From a virus, in the IMG/VR virus record IMGVR_UViG_3300012930_000001, positions 1 to 64,000 of that record: a stretch of DNA of 64,000 nucleotides. The stretch is one strand, 5' to 3'. The position numbers were made by a program, and so were the translations under genes. The notes beneath the pieces are model-generated. The model had not been told where the DNA came from. It did no database searches and saw nothing but the letters and a program-made list of their open reading frames with translations. Positions 40,540-48,200 of the stretch are shown here, in pieces (the first letter of the stretch is position 1; each line of letters starts with the position of its first letter).

Positions 40540-41805
40540 TCATTCGCCTCGCGTGATTATTTTAAAGCCACGAGCGCGATAAAGTTCTAGTTGGTTCGCC
40601 GGTATCAACTGCGCGAGATTGTCCGGGGTTGAATTTTCTTTCACCAGCAGTGCATCGAGTTCCTTTTGAGCTTCGTTTTCCTGATAGTTTTGCCAAATAG
40701 AACTAGCTATCCACATCAAAGAACCGGCTGCAATTATAATGCCAACCGTCCACCATACCTGATTAGGCAGTCCTAAATCCTTGATGGTGTCGAACTGGGT
40801 CTGTACCCACTGAAACAAAGTGTTACCCGTCACGACCGCCGTGATTTTCGCCCCGAGCATTGAATACCACGGTTTCGGTTTTGCCTTCACCACGGCCACG
40901 CGCTCTTTCTGGCCACTAACGGCCGGGCCGGTAGCATTGCTTTCCACCTTCACTTGACCGGTAGGTGAAACACTCACCGACGTCGACACCCCGTTTTCCG
41001 GCACGGGCGGAGCTTGTTCGTCTGCCTCCGTTTCGTGTTCCTCGGGGTGGTATAAATCCTGATTGGAAACGTCTATCACAGGCGCGTCCTGATGTGTGGT
41101 CGGGGTGGTTTCCGCCACGGCGGAAAAATGCACTTTCATTTCATCGTATGGCATCAATGCAAACGTGTCAGGCAACACGCTCAATGCAGTACGGTATCCC
41201 GCCGTGCGTTCGGCCAGCCCGTTGTATCCGCCATTAATTGCATAGGTACACTCTTTGATTTTCCGGGCATCCGCCAGCGGCAAGCATTTCTTTTCGACGG
41301 CGAATATCCAGGCCGAAACAAGGAACCCGAATTGCACTTGCAGCAGCAGATCCGGGTTGTTTACAAAGTCGACACCAAACGCCTTGCCTACGGCATTGGT
41401 TGCCGCGGCGTAAAGGTCGTGGCCGGTGGCTTGTATTGGACTACGCCCACGGAATGTCCACCCATCGTTTGACCCAGCCCTATTGCCCATCCGACCGTTG
41501 TAGGTTTTATTTGCAAGAGCTATCGGGTTGTGTTGAAAGGGCAGGGCCGCGGCCAGACTGGGAAACCGCTTTGGCCACACTTGCATTAAACGCTTGGCGG
41601 AATAGTTCAGGTTTTCCGTCCATACTGTAAGGTCAGTGGATTCATGTCCAAGCTGACAAAGATACATTCCTACCCGCAGTTCTGTGTTGATTTTGAAATA
41701 GGCCATCGACAGATTCAGCCAAGGCAGATATGCCGAGCGTTTGGCCGGACTGCACAGTGGCATTATTGCTTTCAATTGTGCATCGGTAACAAGGTCTTTT
41801 CCCAT
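40540..41805 (-). CDS. GH19 (chitinase-like) peptidoglycan hydrolase with C-terminal TM segment
   Basis: LCQLGHESTDL...ENLNYSA...YNGRMGNRAGSNDGWTFRGRSPIQATGHDLY. C-terminal VWWTVGIIIAAGSLMWIASSIW. ATG at 41805. Confidence 0.8.
   Translation of the reverse strand: MGKDLVTDAQLKAIMPLCSPAKRSAYLPWLNLSMAYFKINTELRVGMYLCQLGHESTDLTVWTENLNYSAKRLMQVWPKRFPSLAAALPFQHNPIALANKTYNGRMGNRAGSNDGWTFRGRSPIQATGHDLYAAATNAVGKAFGVDFVNNPDLLLQVQFGFLVSAWIFAVEKKCLPLADARKIKECTYAINGGYNGLAERTAGYRTALSVLPDTFALMPYDEMKVHFSAVAETTPTTHQDAPVIDVSNQDLYHPEEHETEADEQAPPVPENGVSTSVSVSPTGQVKVESNATGPAVSGQKERVAVVKAKPKPWYSMLGAKITAVVTGNTLFQWVQTQFDTIKDLGLPNQVWWTVGIIIAAGSLMWIASSIWQNYQENEAQKELDALLVKENSTPDNLAQLIPANQLELYRARGFKIITRGE
41110..41125. 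repeat. Palindrome TTCCGCCACGGCGGAA (inside the lysin gene; encodes S-A-V-A-E)
   Basis: Read directly. Confidence 0.9.
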
Positions 41806-41820
41806 TTCGTTTTGCCTCAC

Positions 41821-42222
41821 TTAACTAAGAACGTCCTGAACCCAAATTTCATTGAAGTCCGGCGTTTGACCACGTGGAAATGTCGCGACCCTGCCACCGG
41901 GAAAAGTCACATTCCACTCGCAAGTATTCCTTGCAACCGTATCGGTATCGCTGCCATCACTTGCCCAAAGATAAGATACGATGCCCCGCTTGGTTAAATC
42001 GGCCTGGTCGGCTGGAAATTTTATAGTTGCTGCGGCCACCATCATCATGCCGTTATTCACGTATCGAAACAAAACCGTGGCGTTGGTTAGGTCGACGGGT
42101 TTGAAGGCCTTTGTCGTGGTGTCGAACTCTTCCAAAAGCACCTCTATGGCCGGGTAGGTATCACCCCGTTTCAAAATGAAAGTATTTTCGTTGTCCACTG
42201 ACACCTCCAAAAAATCAATCAA
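41821..42222 (-). CDS. Tail/baseplate accessory protein (133 aa, BppU-N-like?)
   Basis: Position, plus LKRGDTYPAIEVLL...VDLTNATVLFRY. Confidence 0.5.
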   Translation of the reverse strand: MIDFLEVSVDNENTFILKRGDTYPAIEVLLEEFDTTTKAFKPVDLTNATVLFRYVNNGMMMVAAATIKFPADQADLTKRGIVSYLWASDGSDTDTVARNTCEWNVTFPGGRVATFPRGQTPDFNEIWVQDVLS

Positions 42223-43435
42223 TCTCGTGCGTCTGCCTGTTGATTACCGCTTTTGTTTTCGCAGTATTGATGACGGTCGCGCCGTTCCCTTTGCTTATTA
42301 CTCGGGCCCGGCCTTGCACCGGCGATGCGTTCAGGATAGTGGCTCGAAGAGGCAATCGCAAATCCGGGCCGGGGCCGGTCGCTCCAATTTCCCAGCTATT
42401 GGCATCGGCACCCAACCAACCGTCACTAGTATCAAACTCCGCTGAATATGTTGGCACCACATCGGGCAGTCCTGACTCGTTTTGCGGAAAGCTACCGAAC
42501 ATTCCACCACCCGCCGATACGCCCGTAGCACCCTCGGCAACTGATATCAACGCTTGGTAGGCATCCGCGCCGGGACTTGGGGAGTTTTCCGTAAACATTA
42601 CAGTCGTGTTCATTATGGAGCTTGGAGCGTTCGGGCCGGATTCGTTTTGTGTCTCTACACCCTGCATTGATTGTGTGTCCGCGCCTGGTGCGTTTTCCGC
42701 CACCGTCGACTGTGACGCCGCGGACTGGCTATCGGAACCAGCACCCGCCTGACTACCCACTGCCGAACCGCTGAGTAGGCCCGCAGCATCGTTTAGCAAC
42801 CCCTCAGCCGTGTTTTGCGTTCCTGTTGCGGCAAGGCCCTCTGTACCCGGTGCGGATTCGGCTATGACAGCCCCTACGCCAAACTGATTATTCGTATCGG
42901 AACCGGCTCCGGTTTGCACGAGGGTCGGGGAAGTGGCGGACAAAGCAATACCTTCGTTAGCGGGCGCGGCCTCGGTGAATGTCGACTGTCCGGCTGCTGA
43001 ATTTGCGTCCGTACCTGGCGTGGATTCTGCAATGGCGGGTGCGAATGCTGTCTGTGCTGTGCTATCGGAACCGGCTGTAGATTCTCCGAGGGCGGCCGCG
43101 ATCCCGGAAATGGAAACGGCCTCAATATTTGGAGATACTTCGCCGGTAGACATCTGCCCAGCTATAGAAATATTATCCGTGCCGGGCGCGGCTTCCGTTA
43201 AAGCATTAGATAAAGCAAAAATTGAAACGTTTTCAATGGATGGGGAGGTTTCGTCAATCTGGTTTACCGCAAGAAAGCTAACACCATCAATTCCCGCCCC
43301 AATATCATCGGCTTCTGTGAATATAATAAAAACCGAACTAGGCGGTATCGGAGCATACCCACCAACAAAAGGCCCTTCGCCTCTTGGAATGGTAGAGCTA
43401 CCCTGCAACCCGGCAAGTGGAAATAAATGAAGCAT
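42215..43435 (-). CDS. Repeat-rich fibre-like protein (406 aa)
   Basis: About 8 degenerate 17-20-aa repeats centred on E(S/A)(A/T)PG(T/A)D..S..G. Confidence 0.65.
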   Translation of the reverse strand: MLHLFPLAGLQGSSTIPRGEGPFVGGYAPIPPSSVFIIFTEADDIGAGIDGVSFLAVNQIDETSPSIENVSIFALSNALTEAAPGTDNISIAGQMSTGEVSPNIEAVSISGIAAALGESTAGSDSTAQTAFAPAIAESTPGTDANSAAGQSTFTEAAPANEGIALSATSPTLVQTGAGSDTNNQFGVGAVIAESAPGTEGLAATGTQNTAEGLLNDAAGLLSGSAVGSQAGAGSDSQSAASQSTVAENAPGADTQSMQGVETQNESGPNAPSSIMNTTVMFTENSPSPGADAYQALISVAEGATGVSAGGGMFGSFPQNESGLPDVVPTYSAEFDTSDGWLGADANSWEIGATGPGPDLRLPLRATILNASPVQGRARVISKGNGATVINTAKTKAVINRQTHEID

Positions 43436-43436
43436 T

Positions 43437-43997
43437 TTAATTCAGAGCAACTACTTCCATATCGTGTACCTGCATTGTCTCAGCCGTTGAGCCTGAACGT
43501 AGAGCCTGGCAGCTTAAAATCAACGCCGCCGTCAGGTCACAGTTTCCAGATGTCGCCGGTGCAGATGCGGGTATCAATACCGGCTGTAAAGTTGAACCGA
43601 GTACGCCTATATTGGCTTGAAACCTTCCTGTCACGAATAAATTACCCGTCGCGCCAGTCTTTCGGCAATGAGCATAAATCTCCATCTGCCACGACAGATT
43701 TGTTTGCGAGGCTGTCAGTGCGACGGCTGCCGATGAAGCCAGTACAACACCGTTGGCGTCCGCACCCGTACCATAAAGAACGCCTACCGTTAAATTGCCT
43801 GGTGTGGCCCCGGTCGTTATCCGTCCGAATAAGCGAATTCGTATTTTCTTTCCTAAGAAACCAAAATATTGACCTCCGAGGGCTGGGAAGTTTTCTACGG
43901 GGTAAAGGGCTTTATTGGTGGCAGCAAGTGTTACAGCCGCAATATCCGTTGTGATAAACGGAGTGCGAAGGTCGTTATAAAATAAACCGTCAGACAT
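43437..43997 (-). CDS. Structural protein (186 aa)
   Basis: Track ORF in the tail-fibre region. Confidence 0.6.
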   Translation of the reverse strand: MSDGLFYNDLRTPFITTDIAAVTLAATNKALYPVENFPALGGQYFGFLGKKIRIRLFGRITTGATPGNLTVGVLYGTGADANGVVLASSAAVALTASQTNLSWQMEIYAHCRKTGATGNLFVTGRFQANIGVLGSTLQPVLIPASAPATSGNCDLTAALILSCQALRSGSTAETMQVHDMEVVALN

Positions 43998-44039
43998 GAG
44001 TTTTCTCCCATGCGCATGTGAGCGCGATTATCCTTGAAT

Positions 44040-44594
44040 CTACGGAACGGTAACGGTGTAGAGAGCGTCAATCGCGAGGGCCGATGTTTTGGTAAAAGGT
44101 GAAACGACTAGAGCCCGGCAAAGCATCGAGCCGGTCGCGGCCGTCGTGGTATTGAATAGGGCTGTTTCATTCCACTGCCAGTTCGCTTGGGCGGTCGAGA
44201 AAGTAACACGCCACGTCATCACCTGCGAGGCACGGCTGGGAAACGTGGCATTCATAGCGACACGCAGTTTATTTGTCGCGGCCTGTAAATCGGTTTGGCC
44301 TGCGGCAACCGCCGTCGCTGAATCGCCTACACCGATAGCTGCACGGGCGTTTGAGAAAAACGTGTTCGCCTGGTCGGCTGTCGATGTACCGCTGCCGATG
44401 AGAATATCCAAGAGGGCTGCGCCGCCAACGTTCACGTAGGCATTGTCATACTCGATAATATCTACCGGGTTTTCGCGGTCAACAATGTCGCGGCCCTGAC
44501 AGACATCGCGCCAAGCATTGAAAATCTCAAGGCGGAATTTTCCACCGCGAATAATATCCATCAAGTCATTACTCGCGTTGTAAGTTTTTATCAT
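44040..44594 (-). CDS. Structural/fibre-tip-like protein (184 aa)
   Basis: Track ORF with a strong late-type leader AAAGGAGCAAATAACATG. Confidence 0.6.
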   Translation of the reverse strand: MIKTYNASNDLMDIIRGGKFRLEIFNAWRDVCQGRDIVDRENPVDIIEYDNAYVNVGGAALLDILIGSGTSTADQANTFFSNARAAIGVGDSATAVAAGQTDLQAATNKLRVAMNATFPSRASQVMTWRVTFSTAQANWQWNETALFNTTTAATGSMLCRALVVSPFTKTSALAIDALYTVTVP

Positions 44595-44625
44595 GTTATT
44601 TGCTCCTTTGTGGTTTTTAGAAAAT

Positions 44626-44641
44626 TTCCGCCCTGGCGGAA
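44626..44641. repeat. Palindrome TTCCGCCCTGGCGGAA (intergenic, 3 nt after the upstream stop)
   Basis: Read directly. Confidence 0.9.
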
Positions 44642-44644
44642 AAA

Positions 44645-45001
44645 CTATTCAGCTTCGTGCTCGGACTTCGCCTCGTCTTCTATTGCTTTAATCACGTCCT
44701 TTTCGAGTTCGTCATAGACCGTCACCTTATCGCTTTCCAGTTTTGCTATCTGCCCCTGTAGCGCCAACACCTGGTCTTTCAGATTAAGAATTTGCCGGTC
44801 GGCCTCATTTCGGCTAGAGCCTATTTGGTGGGTAGTAAATGCGATTTTCTTTGCCGGTATTTCCTCATGTAAAAGGTTGAACTGTTTTATGTTCATCACC
44901 GCTACGCCATTTTCTGTCGTCCAAAATATTAAACCCTTATCGCGCCGTTGAACGTAGGCGGTAAGGTCAAGCTGATCTTGAGGTACAACATTGTCATTCA
45001 T
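44645..45001 (-). CDS. Coiled-coil protein (118 aa)
   Basis: Track ORF. LKDQVLALQGQIAKLESDKV. Confidence 0.6.
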   Translation of the reverse strand: MNDNVVPQDQLDLTAYVQRRDKGLIFWTTENGVAVMNIKQFNLLHEEIPAKKIAFTTHQIGSSRNEADRQILNLKDQVLALQGQIAKLESDKVTVYDELEKDVIKAIEDEAKSEHEAE

Positions 45002-45019
45002 AAAATCAAAAACTCCTTT

Positions 45020-45286
45020 TTAAGTTAAATCGCCTGCGGGCGTAATTCCACCAATGGCCGCCGCAATCACATCGGCCTGTTTCTGGCGCCTATATGCCTC
45101 CATTTGCAACCGGCCAACTTGTAATCTGACAAATTCAGCCTTACTCATCGGGTTAGGAATTTGTTGCAGCGGATTTTGCGGGTCCCGAATTGTAGGCTGG
45201 TAATTGTATACCACTGCCAACGTATTCGTCATATCCGTCGCCGTGACACCCACAGGTAGTGTCCATGTTAAATTTATAGTCGCCAT
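45020..45286 (-). CDS. Hypothetical protein (88 aa)
   Basis: ATG 45286 lies 2 nt after the fibre gene stop. Confidence 0.55.
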   Translation of the reverse strand: MATINLTWTLPVGVTATDMTNTLAVVYNYQPTIRDPQNPLQQIPNPMSKAEFVRLQVGRLQMEAYRRQKQADVIAAAIGGITPAGDLT

Positions 45287-45288
45287 AA

Positions 45289-48200
45289 TTAGAATGCCAC
45301 CCAAGCCACGCCGTTGTGAAATACCGGTCCTTTAACGGCGCCGCCGCCTGCCGCTACAACTAAAAATCCCGGTGCTAAAAGATCGGTCGCAAGTGCTACA
45401 TCACCCTGATTGCCAGCCGGTAACGTGGCCACCGTATAACTCTGCAGCCTTGCGACGGTGTTAAATATAACATCATTTGCAAATGTGTGTTTAGCACCCG
45501 AACCTACAGCGGTATATGTGATGGCCCCGGATGGCCCAACCACGATTTTGTTATAGTTCGAGGCATCGTACCGCTGGCGGATTTCCTGAGCCGTGAAGTA
45601 CAACACCTGATTATCGAATTCGCCGTATATCAGCGGCGTCGACGTGGTCGAGTTCGAGATATATAGCTTGTTATTTCCCGCCTCGAAATATCCAGCCTGA
45701 TAGCCTATGAAAACGTTCCCCAATCCGGTAGCCCCGGCTCCGGCGTTGCTACCGACGTAGGTATTGTTGTAGCTGGTGATGTTGCCCGCGCCCGCGTTCA
45801 CACCTACAAATGTATTGTCGGTTCCGATTGTCGTAACCATTCCGCTACCGGCGCCAAGAAAGGTGTTCGCTCCGCCCGTGGTGATAGAGAGCCCGGCGAA
45901 TTTTCCAATCATCACCAAACTACTAACGCCTGCCGCGTTCTGAGCGCACGCGTATCCAATCAACACGTTGTACTGGTCGCTCAGCATCGACGCGCCACAG
46001 CTAAGACCAATGAAAATATTCGAGTCACCGACATTCAATGACGAACCGGCCCCGCGTCCAATTATGACGTTATTAAACCCTGTGGTGATTGCAGCCCCGG
46101 ACTGGTACCCAATACATGTATTTCCGTCTGAGGACGTAGCATTTGCGCCTGATCCGTTTCCTATGAACGTATTTCTCACACCCGTGTACGAACCGCCCGG
46201 CGCGGGCCCGATCATGATGCTTGTACTATCGGGTGTCGAGACTGTTGCGGACTGAACTGTTATACGTTTATTAAAAACGAATTGAGCCGCGGACCCGGTG
46301 GCATCGAGTGTTGCGATACCAGTGGAGCCCACAACTATATTGCAATAGTTCGAGGCGTCATACCCGGCCCGAAATTGTTCCGTGGTTTTAATCACGTGAA
46401 GCTTTGCGGAAACCGTCGAGCCCGTGCCTATTCCAAAATCGCCACCCGCCTTCCACCTTCCCTTTTCCCCAAAGGCCGGTGCAAATAATAAATCCGTAGA
46501 ATCGGTTGCAATTAACGACGTGTTACCACCAAATAAAAGCACGCCTAAATTTGCATTAGGAACACCGGTCATATAATTTCCGGTATAGGTGCTTCCACGG
46601 AATAGTAGATACGTGGATTTTACAGTGGTGTCGTAATCGTTACCCTCAAGTTCGATGGTCGCCTGGTCAACAAACGAGCCTGCATTTCCACGGACATCGA
46701 CATTCGCTCCATTGGCACCGCCGAGGATATACACCCTGCTGTTATTAGACGGGTTTGCGGTCGCCCCAATATTTACATTCCCGTCGCCTTGAATAGTAAA
46801 CGGTTGTAAACCGGCGCTGTTGTCAACCTGAAAATTCTTAACACCGCTGGTAGTTCCCGTGCCCTTAACATGCAACCGCCGTGTGGGTGAGGCAGTCCCA
46901 ATTCCTACATTCGTGCCATCAAATACAAAGTTCGCATTGGTGGCTAAATTCGATGAGCCGTCCTCGTAAAGAATCCTGTTCGGCCCGCCGCTGAGTACCG
47001 GGCTACCGGCCGACAGCGTAGCAAAACTGTTTATCACCAGCTTAGTATCTTTGAACTGCAAGACCTGTCCCGGCTGCGGGTTGGTGATGGACATTTGCGG
47101 AATGTCATCTACCCGGTTCTTGCCCATGAAAACGTTCTGTACGTTCGTTATCGCCGGGTTCGATGAGTCCGTGGATTCAAAGAAGGCGAGTTGATTGAAG
47201 TCGCCGCCTAGCGGACTGGCCGACAGGTAGAGTCTTTCCGTGGCAAGGCCGCCCGTGTAAACATACTGAATGCCAAAACCGTGGCGCCGGATAACGATAG
47301 CCCCGCCCTCGCGGGAAAATCTCCATGAATCTCCAAGGGCGGTTTGGTTGGCAAGCGTAGCCAAGACAGTCGCGCCGTTCCGCACGAGAATGGTCATATC
47401 GCTTTTGAACCAAATATGAAAACCGGTCGGGGCCGGTGGAGTGAAAATCGGATTCGGGTCCAGCATCACATAACCCTGTGACGAAAACCCATCTGTCAGA
47501 AAACTAAAAGCGCCGTCGTGGTTGGCTTCTATAAAGTCCTGGGTCACTCCGCCGTTCAATGTATCGCTGAGATTGACAAAGGCTAAATCACCAAAACTAT
47601 AACTGGCGTTGTGCAAAACGGTGATAGCGGGAACCACTCCAATATCCGGCACCAGCGTTCCGCCAATTTGAAACGTAGGCAGATATGAACTACCGACATT
47701 GTAAAGGCCCGCTACAATTCTGGCAGGGTACTCCAACGCATGAGCCGGGAATGTGAACATGGTCGTGGCCACATACGCCGTTCCGGTAAGCACCCGCCTG
47801 ACCACGCTCACCGTTGGCGAGTCTCGAGTGCCACTCGGGGTGAAAACCAGCGACCATTTTTCTCCAACGTTGTAAGAGCCGAGCAAAGACGAACTAACCC
47901 CGAGGGCCCAAATCGCCGTCACCGTTCCATCATCCAGAAACTTCAAACCTACGCGATAGTCCGCAAGGTTCCACCCGTTGGCCGCTCCCTCCGTCACCCC
48001 GAAATATTTCCGCTTATTCACCACATTGACATTCCACAATATTTCCGCGGGTGTTTCGCTGGTGAGAATGTCGTTGTTGATGCCTATGCTGCAATTACCA
48101 AACCCGTCCGTCGCGGTCTTTCGGAAAGAGCCATCCGGGTCCACAACGCCGCCGACCGGGTTTATCCAGTTAGTCGGTAGTGGTTTGGAAAAGGTGAGTG

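Noticed and set aside
42215-43435. CRISPR array, or DGR variable/template repeat pair, in the repeat-rich region
   Set aside because: The repeats are in-frame, degenerate and contiguous (protein repeats), with no spacer-repeat periodicity. I found no reverse transcriptase gene and no second long DNA copy in the window.
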